Positions 14,670 to 27,623 of a stretch of DNA of 64,000 nucleotides are shown piece by piece. Made by a program: the position numbers and the translations under genes. This stretch comes from Lama guanicoe. Its lineage: Eukaryota. The notes beneath the pieces are model-generated. The model did no database searches and had not been told where the DNA came from. It saw nothing but the letters and a program-made list of their open reading frames with translations. The DNA lies in contig MU053881.1 in assembly GCA_013239625.1 (NCBI GenBank), positions 13,096,879-13,160,878 of the forward strand, read 5' to 3'. Each line of letters opens with the position of its first letter. Positions within the stretch are counted from its first letter, which is position 1.

Positions 14670-17570
14670 AATCACGATGCTCTTCTGGAAGAATGACAGC
14701 TGGAGTCCCATGGGTGGGCAGGCTGTTCAAGTGTGGTACCCTGGTAGGTAGAAGTGGGCGTGGTTGCTGAAGTGTTCAGTGACAACAGAGACAGCTAGCT
14801 CTGGGTCATCATCCCTGAGGTGGCTGATGAATTGCCTTGGTGGTTTGAATTACAGACAAAGCAAGAGGATCCCATGAAGCTAAAGAGAGTGCATGGTGGT
14901 TGTCCCTCGCCATCTGTACCACTGGCAAATCGAGGTCACCTTCCTCCAAGTCATAGTTGCGTCAAAAGATAAAATACTTGCTGGTGATCAGGACAGTTAC
15001 TCACAGAATTCCTGAGGTCTGCTCAATAGTGAGCAGAAAAGAAGGGAAATTAGGGATCAGTGGGCAGAAGCCTAATGAGATGAGAGAAATGTGACTTATC
15101 TGATTGGCATATGAGGGAGTTGCACAAGGGTTGCTGGATAAGAAGGAATGGAATTCATTTAGGTGGTTAACATGATCATGGGTCATGAGTGTCCAGATAG
15201 TGAAACAGTCACCTGGGTCAGACTGATCAGTGGCTTCACTCAGCATCACCATGCTGTTGGGAAAAATTAATGGTCCTAGAAAACTATCCAGCTACTAGGA
15301 AATAAGCCCCTGGGAAAGCTTGGACACAGGTCGACGAAAGTGACCTACAGGCTATAGGAGAGAAAAGATAACTTAAAGTCCAAACAGTAGGGTCACGTGG
15401 GTCTGGCTCTCAGATCAGTCCCTACGGAGGCTAATGATTTTCCCCCAGATGATATTACCCCTCACTTTCAGATCATAAGAGGGACACGCAATTTGAAGAT
15501 CTGGGCACTAGCAGAGGAAGATCCCTAGCTAGTGGTGCCGTTCACTGTGGACAAACAGGAGGGAAGCCGAGGGCATCTCAGCCCCCTTGCTGAGGTCAGT
15601 GAGATCGGTGCTGTTTGGACCAGTATGGACACAATACCTTTGAGGCCACCTGTCTACCTAGAGTTTACCCTCTTCAAGAATGAACAGGACTAGGATAGGG
15701 ACTAAGGTTACCTAAAGAGAACTGGAGGCCTATTCACTAGTTAAGATGTGTTGAGGATTTTATAGCAACCAAGGTTGCCAAAACTTTTCAGCTCTGTGGT
15801 TCTAGAAAGCACCCATGATGAAAAATTAACTAGAGTTGGAAGAACTCTCAGATTGAGCAGTAAACCAATTAAATTTATGAGTGAGCTCTTTGGGGTGTAC
15901 AGTTTGCAGTGTACAGTTGATACAACTGTGTATAATGTGTACAGCTGATACCATGCTGACTATCCTATGGGATTTAGATGTCGTCAGAATGTGTGGTCTG
16001 CTTTTGTTTATAAGAAACATTCTCAGTGGAGAAATAGCATGATTCAAAGAGTGGTAGTTAGAAGAACTGTGTAACTGGGAGCCTGTTGGCCTTCCTCTGC
16101 CTGGTCACGTGGTTACTGTGAAGCAGTGTAGGATGCTGGAGGGACACAGGTAGGAAGAATTCATGGAATTGATCAAAGTGGAGGTAGAGTTGCTTAAACA
16201 AACGTTATCAGCTTATAAAAGCCTTACACGTGGCCAGTGAAAAATCCCGTAGTACATGCTTCCTCTCTGTGGACTGCAGCAAGGTCAGTGTGGCCAGGAG
16301 TCCCTCTTGTTCTTGCAGCTCTGGATGTCACAGTCGGAGCCCACTGCATTGATTGAGGGTGTTGGTGCACAGTGGTGGACATCGTAATGCCCTCTTAGCA
16401 CCCCAGTGCATCCAGATGATCAAAAGCAATTTGCCTTTTCATGGCCTGTGTTACAACATCATTTTACTGTGCTGCTTTAAGGCTGTCCACACTCCCCCAT
16501 GATTTGTCTCCCGTAATTAGACGGAGACCTACCTAGAACAGACTGGGGCACTACTAGAGGTGTCCTGGTACCATCACACGGATGACATTATTCTGTTGCA
16601 AAGACAAGCTTCCTTAGCTCTGTGTAACTAGGGATGGAAGATTAGCCCTGGCAGATCAGAGAAACCAGTCCCCCAAACAACGTCCTTAGGAAACATGAGC
16701 GAGTGCTCAGAGGGTATCCCTGAACACACTGAAGAGGAACGGTTGGCCTCAAAAATTCTAGCAACAAAAGGAAGGTACAGCGTCTAATAGGCCTACGTGG
16801 GTCCTGGGGTTAGTTTATACTTCACATGGGGACCCGACGCAGCCTGTTACTGAAGAACAGTGGGATGACAGCCACTTTTGAGCGAGGCTGGGGCCAACCA
16901 CAGGCCCTAGGATCAACCCACCAAGCTGTCCAGACTCTAATGAGCCTCTGAGATACAAATGTCAGTGACTGACCATCCTGTGGGTTGGAGCTTATGGCAA
17001 AAAGTCGTTCCCAGTAAGGCAGCGATGAGCTCTGGGTTTCTGGACACAGCACTCGCCGTCCTCTGCTGCCTGGTGTACCTCTTTGAGTGGCAGTTAGTGG
17101 TGTGTCACTGGGTGTTGGTGGAACCCAGGAACTAAGCCACACAGATTGATGCCTTGACATCCCTGTCCTGGGAGGGGTCAACGTGACAGCACCAACCAAA
17201 GGGGTATTGACCAATAGGCATCTGTGTTTAAATGGAAATGGTATGTCCAGGAAAGAAGTAAACCAAGGATTCAGCAGAGCTACATGAAAAGTGGCTAGTG
17301 ACCCCCTTATGGGACCATCTCGGTGTGGGGTCTGTACCTTCATTTTCTGTGCCTTCCTCTCTGCTTTGGGGCCTCTCCATCCCCATGTCCCTCCCTGCCA
17401 AGGGATTTGGAGGAATCCTTCTGGGCCTGCCTTTCCTGGTGGCCAGCTGTATCCCTGACACTCCCACAACTCCCATTGAAGTGAGTCTCTATTCTGTCCT
17501 ATTATCTCAGGGTCCTGTTCTTTACTAACTGGTGTGTCCACTGAATTCATGGCAATTTTCATGGTGATGG
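14670..17570 (+). mobile_element. Decayed ERV-L internal region (gag/protease remnants, reverse transcriptase, RNase H; many stops and frameshifts)
   Basis: Manual translation gives PVHPDDQKQFAFSWPVLQHHFTVLL*GCPHSPMIC (from 16403), HHTDDIILL (16572; YxDD region), QRLIGLRGSWG*FILHMG (16778), LGFWTQHSPSSAA..FEWQLVVCHWVLVE (17032) and KWKWYVQER (17230). These are colinear with ERV-L Pol motifs QFAFSW..TVLPQG, HYIDD, QRLVGLFGFWRQHIPHLG, LGFWSKALPSSA..FEKQLLACYWALVE and KWKWYI. Confidence 0.88.
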
Positions 17571-17734
17571 ATGTTAACGAGTTAACAAGTGAAATAATAT
17601 TTTAATATATTTCCCCACCTTTCAACTTGTGCCTCATTAGGGCCTTTAGGACTAAACTAGTTACTAATGTGGTAAATTTCAGACCTAGTGACAAAATAGT
17701 AAAGGAAAAATTTTCCCCTACCCACAGAACCCAT

Positions 17735-17846
17735 AAGGACTTGAGGCTTGCCAACAACCAGTTGAGCCAGAGATTTTAAAAGTCTGTTGTTTTAAACTGT
17801 TACTTTGGGGGGAAATTTGTTACACAGCATTAGATAGCTAATGCAG
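17735..17846 (+). mobile_element. MLT1 (ERVL-MaLR) LTR 3' fragment
   Basis: gttgttttaaactgttactttggggggaaatttgttacacagcattagatagctaatgca is an MLT1F/G-type terminus. Confidence 0.65.
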
Positions 17847-18044
17847 TATATCTTGATATAACTTAATGATTGTTTAGGTTTTTGGCTTTCAGTTGCTCCC
17901 TAGATGACTGGGAAGGTGTTCTGTAAAGAGAATAGAGAAGGATCCTTGTTTATATCCAATCTCAGGGCTTTTACTACCAAGTATTTCTACTAAAAGATTT
18001 GAGTCTTCAAAACTAGCTTTTTATTAACTGAAACTTTTTCTAAG

Positions 18045-19185
18045 ACATTATTTTTTTGGAGCAGTTTTAGATTCACAGCAAAATTGAAAGGAAGATACAG
18101 AGATTACCCGTATCTGTCCCGTCCCTACACATGCATGGCCACCCCTATTGCCAGTATCCCCCACCAGAGTGGTGCATTTGTTACAGCTGAGTCACCTACA
18201 CTGGCACATCATAAGCACTCAGAGTCCACAGTTTAGGGCTCATTCTTGGCAGTGTACGTTCTGTGAGTTTGGACAAACGTATAAAGACACGTATCTGTTA
18301 TTACAGTATTATACTAAATAGTTTCACTGCCTTAACAATCCTCTGTGCTCTGCCTGCTTATCCTTCCCTTAGACCACAGCTGCCTTTCACTGTCTCCACT
18401 CATCTTTTTCACTAACTGCATAGTTTTGCATTTTCCAGCATGTCGTGTAGTTGGAGTCGTGCAGTATGTAGAATTTTCAGGTTGGTTTCTTTTAGTTGAT
18501 AATAATATGTACGTCAAGTTTCTTCATGTCTTTTCTGGCTTGATAGCTCATTTCTTTTCAGCACTGAATAATACTCCATTATCTGTGTGTCCCATAGTTT
18601 ATTTATCCATTCATCCACTGAAGGACATCTTGGTTGCTTCCAAGTTTTGGCAATTACAAATAAAGCTGCAATAAATATCCATATGCAGGTTTTTGTGTAG
18701 ACGTAATGTGTCAACTCCTTTGGGTAATGCCAAAGAGCATGATTACTAGACCATGAAGTAAGAGTACGTTTAGTTTCGTAAGAAGCTGTCGTACTGTCTT
18801 CCAAAGTAGCTGCACCATTTTTGCGTTTCCACCTGTGATAAATGAGAGCTCCTATTGCTCTGCTTCCTGGCCACCACTCGGTGTTGTCAGGGTTCTAGAT
18901 TTTGGCCATTCTAACAGGTACGTAGTAGTATTGCCCTGTTGTTTCAATTAGCGTCTCCGTGATGACATATGATATGGAGCATTTTTTCATGTGCTTCTTT
19001 GCCGTTTGTGAATCTTCTTTAGTGAGAAGCTTGTTAAGGTCTTTGTCCCATTTTTTAATCAGGTTGCTTATTTTCTTATTGTTGAGTTGTAAGGATTCTG
19101 TGTATATTTGAGGCAACAGTCCTTTATGATGTGTCTTTTGTCAGCATTTTGTCTCAGTCTGTGGCTTGTCTTTCCATTTTCTTGA
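18045..19185 (-). mobile_element. LINE-1 3' fragment (L1MC1-like 3' UTR plus ORF2 C-terminal remnant)
   Basis: ttttttggagcagttttagattcacagcaaaattga is an L1MC1-type 3' end. ORF-track peptides FIAALFVIAKTWKQPRCPSVDEWINKLW and LQLNNKKISNLIKKWDKDLN match the L1 ORF2p C-terminus. Confidence 0.9.
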
Positions 19186-22100
19186 AAAGTAAGACTTTAA
19201 AAAAAAAAAAAAAAGGAAAAGAAAGAATCCGTTGACTCATGTACCATAGCCAAAACTTGGGCCCAGGAGTTCATCCTTATGTTGCTGCAGCAAAAGTTTT
19301 TCTGAGCACCTGTTACAGGGTGGGCATGGTTGTAAGCATTTAGGACTGGACTGAACAAGACACTCACCCTCCTCCATTCAGCACTGATCATCAGGTCTGA
19401 CCTTCCTTCACCTGATCACCGAATTCCTAGAATGTTCAAAACTATCTTGACATAAAGTTTGTATCACATCCCTCTCACATGCCTTTACTCTCCCGTTATA
19501 GGAAGATAGTCTGCAAGAGAGGAGAGAGGTCATATTTATGTTAGTTTGAAAATGAGCATCTGATAATGAGGGAAATGCAAAATTGCATCCTTGTAAGAGT
19601 CTCTTTTTTTCTGAATACAGATGAAATAATATTTATCTGCATATTTTATTACAAAAAGCAATGCATATTTCTCTTGAAAAACAAAGTACAAAATAAAATA
19701 TTATATGTAATCACACCAAAGATAGTAATACTTACTTTTTTTTTTTTTTACCCACTTTCCCTGTTTGGTCTTCCTCTCCCTCTCAGTGTGTGTACTTATG
19801 TGTGTAGATTAAATATTCTGGCGAATCCTTGCACTGACAGAGTGCTTTATATTTTAAATATTGTCTTAAATTGTCTGTAGCTGCTCAGTAAGTGGTTACA
19901 CTGTGAAGCCTTCAGAGGCAGAGAGCGCATCTGGCCCCTTTTCCACGTCTATCGTAGTGCCTTACACGTACGTGGGGCTAACACTTGTTGGAAATATGGT
20001 TTCTATTTTATATAAAGTAAAACTATTCAAAGAGAAAACAGAGGGCATAGGTTAGTTGTCAGTAGATTCTGGAACAAGAGCTTCTGTAATTGCAGTAAAG
20101 CTTCCTCTTTTCCTAGGTGGTACGTGACTGCCCCTGGGGGCAGGTGAACTCCTCTCTTGGGAAATGGGTTGGTGGAGAGAATGACCAGACCTTGGAGACC
20201 CGGGTGCAGTTGCCCTTTGAGCCTGACTCTCCCCTGTGGTTTCAAAAGCCAGTGTTTTACCCACAGCTGGTCACAGAGCAGGCCCAGCCAGGAGTGAAAG
20301 ATGATGGGACACCCCCGGAGTCCGTGAAAAGTGTGGCTTCTGGAAAAGCAGAGAGCTTTTCATTTCCAGAGTGTTGTCTGCAGACGGCGTAGTGCAGAAG
20401 AATTTTGAATTTTTAATGTTTCCTTGACAAAAAGCTATTTCAGAAATTGTCTGCATGCCACTTGCTCAGTCACTCCTTCACACCAGGCAGGAATTCTGTC
20501 AGAACTTGTCACTTTTATTTAAGCAAGGCCCTGACATCGAGCAGCTGTATTCGCATCATGCTCACACTCGGTTTGACAAGTTTCAGAATATCGTGCGTGT
20601 CCACTGTACGTCCTCAGAGAGATAATTGATCACCCAGCATTCCTCTTGGCAACTCTGATAGATTGTCACCTTCTTTTAGTCAATTTCTGGGGAGTAAAAG
20701 AGCCTGTATTAAAAATATCATAGTCTCCTAGTTCTCTGTGGATAGTGTGAGAGCACACATAATAGGAACAAAGACAATTTATTTGTTGAGGGTGGAGGAA
20801 GTCAATGGAAACAAGTAGAAAAAGACGAAGTACTCACAGGGAATTGAATTCTGAACTTTTAAATCTTCTCTTTGAGTCCTGTTTTCCCAAAGCAATAGAT
20901 TACATTCACCCAGTCGGTTTTGTTGGAGTTTACAAAAAACCTTAAAATGCAGTTTTAAATGTTGTATTAATAATAGCATGTAAACTGATTCTTCTAATCA
21001 TATCTACCCTTAAAAAAGCTAAAAGTCAGAGAAGGACATTACTGAATAATCTGCTTTAATTGGTGGTGCCTGAAAAATATTGTTACAATAATGATATTAA
21101 TATTTATCATTTCTTGAATGTGTATTATGGCTCAAGTGTTCTATTTGCTTCGTATACGTTATTTCATATAATCTTTACATCGATCCTAAGAGGCATGATT
21201 ATCTCTGTCTTGCAGAAGAGGAGAATGAGCCTCAGAGCAAATCAGTGTCTTGTTCAAGGTCATTCTAAACAAAGATTATTTCAGGGCGATGGTCAATTCT
21301 GAATTTTCTATGTAGACAATTAGGTAATTCCATAAGTATTTTGGGAGGGTGGGGGAACAAATGTCTGCCACATTATGGGCTGGAAGACTGATCGGGGAAA
21401 ATGATACAAATGGATTTTGACTAGCAGTGTTTCACAGAGTGTCAGTCAGCAGCACACTTCAGTAGACAGGGACTGAAGTGATTCCCTCTGCATGGCAACG
21501 GCTACTTTGCACATGTTAGTACATGCCATCTGGGTGCATGTGTGTTATCTCTCTTGGCATCCAAACCAAATTTTGGGTGGGAGTGCATCTTGTCTCTGAT
21601 GGACAACCAGATCATCTTGTATGTTTCCTCTTTTAAAATGAGGATAATAACATCTCTTTTGAAAAGTAATTAAGAAGGGATATAGGAATTTAGAAGAGTG
21701 TAATGCATTGTCTGAAAGTTTTATTTCATAGCGGAAAGTAACATGGGCACATGCGAGATCCCTGGGCTTCCAGGTAATACTTTTATAAACATAGATTATA
21801 AATAGATTGACAGAGAAACTGAATATTTAAAAGCCATTAACATGAATAAATTAGCAGCACGTAATAGTACTTAATAATTGCAGATTTTTCCTATTTCTAT
21901 TTGGAATAGAATAGAAAATAGTAAGAATAACAGGCAAGCTTCCAAATTATGTCTGCATGTCAATCATTGATAAAACCTTAACATAGCATTAGTTTTCAAA
22001 CTCTGGTGGTTGATTTCGGAAATGATATATGTATTCTTCTGTTTTTCCATTGATTAAGAATATGCATGAAGTTTTCTTAATATGAAAATCACTAGAGTGA

Positions 22101-22899
22101 ATTGAAGGGAAAAAAAATAACAGAACCCGATTTCCCACAGCTGGAAAACTCAATTCTTATATCTCCTTCTTAACAACCTTGGGAACCTGTCACAAGCCAC
22201 TAAATTAAACAATGTCTTTTAACAGTTATCTCCTTGGAAGTCATGTACTAATGGTATAAGACATGTATTAATGATGTAAGATAGTTGAGTGAGGAAATTC
22301 ACATTAATCCATTTAAAAAGTGGACAGTATAAATTGTGATTTTACAAGGAGCAGTTTGGTAATGCTTACAGATTTCACCCAATGAATCATTGTATTCTCC
22401 TACAGTTTATAATGCCAGGTAATATATTTCATGCAAGCAGGGAAACTGCCAAGTAAGCAGGGAAACTGTCTTATGTTTATTTCTTTCATTCAGTTAATAT
22501 GTTCTGATTTATTTGTGACAGATATATACAAAGTCACTGGATATATGGTTAATTAAAAACATTGACTGTGATTGCACACATATTGTGCACACAGATACTC
22601 CTTGCTTACCCAAATTCTTCTTCTCTGAAATTGCTTTTCATAATGGAATTACTTTTAATCAATCAGTTTGATGACTTGAGTGATTGGTGTTGCAGTACTT
22701 GGGATGAATGAATGCAGTTGTCTTCAACAAAAACTAACCTTTGTTGTTAGACCTCCAAAACTGAGACATAGTCCTCTGAAACAGGTGGTTACTTGAGGGT
22801 GGTATGCAAAATCCCAAAGTGATCTTGCTGTGTCTTCTGGAAGTGTCAATTTCACTCCAACAGTTTTGGGAAGATTAGTAAGTAAAAGCACCACCAGGA

Positions 22900-23560
22900 G
22901 GTACACCCACCAGAATGACTGAAATTAAAAGAAGTGACAACAGTGCATGTTTCACTGATGTGGAACAACTGAAACACTGTTGATGGTCTGGTCAATATTG
23001 CAATATCTTTGGGGAAAGTTCTGGTGCTTTCTTATAAACCGATCATTAGAAATTGACCCAAGATAATTGAAAGCATATACCCAAAAGTGATTTGAAAAAC
23101 TGTGTTCACATCAGCTTCATTTGTAAAGCCTTAAACTAGAAAAATACTAATTTTTCGTCAGACAAGAATGGATAAACATATTTTGGTATATCTGTAGAAG
23201 AAGGCAGTACTCAGAAATATGAACAACTCTAGTGTATGCAATACGTGGATGAATCTTAAAAACATTATCCACAAGAAGGAAGTCTCACTCCAAAGAATAT
23301 ATATGGTGTGTTTCCACTTATATGACATTCTGGAACAGGTGAAAGTCAGCTGTGGTGGAAAGATGACAATAGTGATTGCCTCTGGGGAGATGACAGATGG
23401 AATTTCCTAGGGAGGAACAAGAGGGAACTCTGTGGGTGACGATGACGTCACTTCTCTTGAAACTGGTTCCCATTGCACAGGCATGTGCATTTGTCAACAG
23501 TCATGTAATGGTGCACTTAGATTTGTGCATTTCACTGCATAGAAACTTGACTCTTAAAAA
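22900..23560 (+). mobile_element. Old LINE-1 (L1ME-type) 3' portion
   Basis: acacccaccagaatgactgaaattaaaa...gaatggataaac...atacgtggatgaatcttaaaaacattat...gtgcacttagatttgtgcatttcactgcat. Confidence 0.8.
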
Positions 23561-25495
23561 TGAGGATGGATTAAGAGGGTGATGGATAGGTGAGTAATAT
23601 GTGAAAAAAACAAATATAGCAAAATATAAATCATATTAATATGCCTATTAATGGGAAAAGACTATAAAGTTTTCAACATGAAATTAAGTAGAAACATTAC
23701 TAAAAGTTACTTTTGTGATTATAATATCATTTTTCAAATTAAAATTAAAGTGCTATAATTTAAAATTATATTTTCAGTTGAAAGCATAGGCCAGTGGTTT
23801 GAAGAAAGAAAGAAAGAATTTTGAACCATTAGCTTAAAACAAGCAAAAATAAATAAACCAACAAATATGCTTGGAGTAAATTCAGATTCTCAAGGATTTG
23901 ATGTGATTTTCTGTCGTAAAGACACATTGAGAACAAAGAATACCATAACACTGTTAAACTAACACAATAAGATAATTGGTCTTTGTAGCACTAGTTAATA
24001 AGAAAACTAGGTTGTATGTAAATGTTTATTTACAATTTGATTTTAATGTTGTAACACTGCAAATGAACCTAGATTTTTATGTCTCTTCTTCTATATGAGA
24101 AAATAGTATTCCTCAGTTGTATAAACCCATTAATTTCTGGTTCTACAATTTTAGCTACAAACATCTTAAAATTCTGAAAAAAAAATCTTAACATTGTGGA
24201 TAGCATAAATCAAATTATTTTGCAGGCAAAGTTGGACTTAGAAAAGGAAAGAAAAATCCATAGGTGCCAAAAATAAAGTGTACACAGCACCCAAGCAGCA
24301 GGAGAGGGGAAGGGACCACGTTCTCCATCATTTTAATCCAGGAATTTAGAATTTGACAGTGACCAGAAACGAGATAAATCTTTGGTCTGAATGGGAGCTC
24401 CGATCCCTGCTTAAAGCCATGTCACATGGTGGGTTATTCTCCTTCCCTGCTTGGGATCTGTGTAGAAAATGTGTGCACCTCTGAATGGACTTAGATCCAT
24501 TAATTCTCCCCTCTGAATCTTACTTTCCATATTTACAGGATGTATATTGTAATTATCAGCTGGTGGGCACTTCATATCAAAAGAGGAAATATATTAAATT
24601 GGCAGATGGACACACACTAGGTTTGATAGGTAGTTATAAGTTATAGAATAATAATCCAGGTTACTTGAGAAAGCTTAGGTAGAGAAACACGTAAAATAAG
24701 AGAAGCTGCATAATATTTAAACCCTTAGACCACAAGAGTGAGGTGAAATGGAGCGCGAACAAAAAGCTTGCTCTTTTGAATGGCTGACGTTTTATAAGTA
24801 TCCAGTCAAAATTGCTGGTGCCTGAGCACCAGCCTCTGTGAGTTATTTGTTGTCATATATTTTAGTCTCCTGTTTTATGCCTCTGAATTTCCTATCAGTT
24901 TTTTAAATTATCTTGTTTATTTATTTGTTTATTTTGTCATGATCTGTTTTGCCTGTCCTGTCACACCTGCTAAAACCTGTCAGTGGAAGATTCCAGTCCA
25001 AGTCCTTATGGCCTCCAGGCCCTTCCTCATCTACCAGGGGTTGCCCTCCCCCTGGCTCATTCTCTCCATCCACTCTACTTCTAGAGTAGCCTTAGTCAGG
25101 GACCTTGTTCCTTCTGTTCCCTCTGCTTAAAATACTCTTCCCATCAGTATATTGTAAGATTCCTACTCCTGCTCAATTCAAGTTTCTACTCAAATGTAAT
25201 TCATCAAACAGGACAGTCTGACCACACCAGTTCAAATACCATCGCCCTTACCTTTCTGTGCAGTTCTCCAAAGTTAATGCATTCAGTGCATTTGCATGTG
25301 TTCTATTAAGCTATGAGAACAGAAGAAAAAATTTTTTTGTTTTTACTTGATAACACCCAATTCATACATAGTTATGGCCATGGGTATAATTATGGAAACT
25401 GATATATGCACATGCGATTATATAGATCAATCCTGTTTTTCTGATAATAAAAGTAAATCATGCTTGTTTAATAATATTAAAAATAAATATGGGTA

Positions 25496-25665
25496 AGGGG
25501 GAGGGTTTAGCTCAAGTGGTAGGGTGCTTGCTTAGCATCCACAAGGTCCTGGGTTCAATTCCCAGTACCTCCTCTAAACAAATAAATAAATAAGTAAACC
25601 TAATTACCTTCTCCCACACACACAAAAAATTAATAGACATTGAGTCAAAAAAAAAAAAAAGAAAG
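25496..25665 (+). mobile_element. tRNA-derived camelid-type SINE (Vic-1-like), full length
   Basis: ggggagggtttagctcaagtggtag (A box)...gggttcaattccc (B box)...aaacctaattacc plus A tail. Perfect 17-bp TSD aaaaataaatatgggta at 25479-25495 and 25666-25682. Confidence 0.9.
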
Positions 25666-25699
25666 AAAAATAAATATGGGTAGAAAATTCAAAAATTGC

Positions 25700-26320
25700 A
25701 CCTCTTGGGGAGTGATGGAGATGTTATCTATCTTAATTGTGGTAGTGGTTTCATTGGTGTATACATCTATCAGAATTCATCAAATTGTACATCTGAAATA
25801 TGTGTAGTTTACCGTACAGGAACCATACCACAATGAAGGTGTTAAAAAAAAAAAAGCAGGCAGGCTGAGAGAGAATACTTGATAACACTACACATCTAAA
25901 AGAGACTAAAATGTGGACCACAATAAAAGTGCCTACAAATGAATAAGATCAAAAAAAAAACAAAAAGGAGGAAGAAAAGGAAGAAGAAGAAGAGGAGGAA
26001 GAGGAAGAAGAAGAAGGAAGGAAAGATAGAAAAATATGAACAGATGATTTACAAAAGAGATTTGGATGATCACAAACGTAAGAAAAGATTTTGAACCTCA
26101 TGAATGTAAAGGAAAATGCAACTTAAAACAAAGCAGCACAATTTCACACCCAATAGATTAGAAAAAAATATTAAAAGTTTTAAAGTAATGTGTATCAGCA
26201 GGAGTATGAAAAACATTATTCTCTCATATTCTTTCTGGTGAGAGTCTAAATTGACACAGCTACTTTGGAGAGAAATGTCAGTAGTTAGGACAGTTACAAA
26301 TAGGAAGGACACAACCATGA
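25700..26320 (+). mobile_element. LINE-1 remnants (L1MB/ME-type 3' end at 25700-25855, then an older ORF2 fragment containing a GA-rich tract at ~25950-26030)
   Basis: gatggagatgttatctatcttaattgtggtagtggtttc...aaattgtaca...poly(A), followed by ggaaaatgcaacttaaaacaaag...atttcacacccaatagattag. Confidence 0.7.
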
Positions 26321-26648
26321 AGCATTCCTCCTACTGTACACACTGTGGGTTCTCCTTTGATTTGTTTGAGTTGAAAAGAATATGCACATAAGTTTAAAGG
26401 ATTTTCAGAATACCTGAGTTCTATCCATTAATATTCTAGGGCATTCATTAACTTCTGTGCCAGTGACCCCTGGTGTATAATTTTCTAGTTTGCAAACTAA
26501 CATCATAATAATTATCCAATGACTAGCAGATCCTTTATAGGAGACTAAGAACAGTTTAGACATCTCAGAGCTACTTGTAGAGCAAAGAATGGATCTTTCT
26601 TGATTGTAATTTCACCCATGGTGGAATTCTGAGAGGCAGGTAACTGAC

Positions 26649-27016
26649 TGCTATAGGCTGATTTGTGTATCTCCAAAATTCACATGTTGAAAACTAAACC
26701 CCAGTGTGACAGTATTTGGAAGTGGGACCATGATGTCATCTAGGGGGGAACAAGATCATAAGGATGGAGCCCTCATAAATGGGATCTGTGCCCTTATAAA
26801 GGGAGCCTCAGAGAGCTCCCTCCCCTCTACTGCCATGTGAGGATAGAGTGAAAATCTGGCCATCTGTGAATGAGGAAGTGGGCTCTCACCTGACACCAGA
26901 TCTGCCAGCACCTTGGTCTTGGATTTCCCAGCCTCAGCGCTGTGAGAATTAGATTTTTGTTGTTTATAAACCATTGAATCTGTATTTTGCTACAGCAGCC
27001 TGAATAGACTAAGACA
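26649..27016 (+). mobile_element. MLT1A/MLT1A0-like solo LTR (ERVL-MaLR), complete
   Basis: TG...CA termini (tgctataggctg...gactaagaca) with a perfect 5-bp TSD CTGAC at 26644-26648 and 27017-27021. Confidence 0.92.
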
Positions 27017-27327
27017 CTGACAATGATATTAACAATCTCAATATTGATTTGAATTAGTAAATTTTGTTGCTTGAAGGCTGTCTAAAAGTTAATTGGAAAA
27101 AAAACCCATTCCAGGAAAAAAAAATACATATATACTTATTAAGCTAACCAGGATGGCACGTGCAACATCAGGCATGTGTGATATCAACCTTGCATCTCCA
27201 ATCCCCTTTTCTTTTCTTAGACGGTACAATGCTAGTCTCTTAAGGATTCATGTCCATGAAAAAATAATTTATCTAATGACATTTCAAGGAATCATTTTTA
27301 ACTTGCTGAAATTGGCACAAGAGGTAG

Positions 27328-27623
27328 GTAGTGGTTTGAATGGACCCCTGTTCAATAAACCTCCAATATATGCCCATGTTCTGGAATCTGTAAATATGAT
27401 CATTTTTGAAAGAAATGGTCTTTAGAGATGTAAATAAATTAAGGATGTGGAGATAAGGCTATTTTGAGTGAGCCAGGAGGGACGAAAATCCAACACACAT
27501 TGTTGTTAGACACGTAGAGAAGAGAAAGGCCATGTGAAGACACAAGCAGAGGTTGGAGTTATGCAGCCACAAGATCCTGGAGCCACTAGAAGCTGGAAGA
27601 GACAGGGAAGCATTCTACCCTAG
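27328..27623 (+). mobile_element. MLT1B/C-like LTR, 3'-truncated
   Basis: gtagtggtttgaatgg...ggccatgtgaagacacaagcagaggttggagttatgcagccacaag...agaagctggaagagacagggaagcattctaccctag. Confidence 0.8.

Noticed and set aside
24814..24833. Perfect 8-bp hairpin gctggtgc-ctga-gcaccagc (similar short hairpins at ~4113-4136, ~20128-20143 and ~60288-60313)
   Set aside because: Several stems of this size are expected by chance in 64 kb. One lies inside the MER44B-like element and one is pure AT.
25496..25575. tRNA-like sequence with A and B boxes (also at ~32365-32440, 47670-47744, 48376-48450, 54725-54792 and 56063-56135)
   Set aside because: These are SINE heads. Each continues into the shared aaacctaattacc body and an A-rich tail, and most have TSDs. 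They are not tRNA genes.
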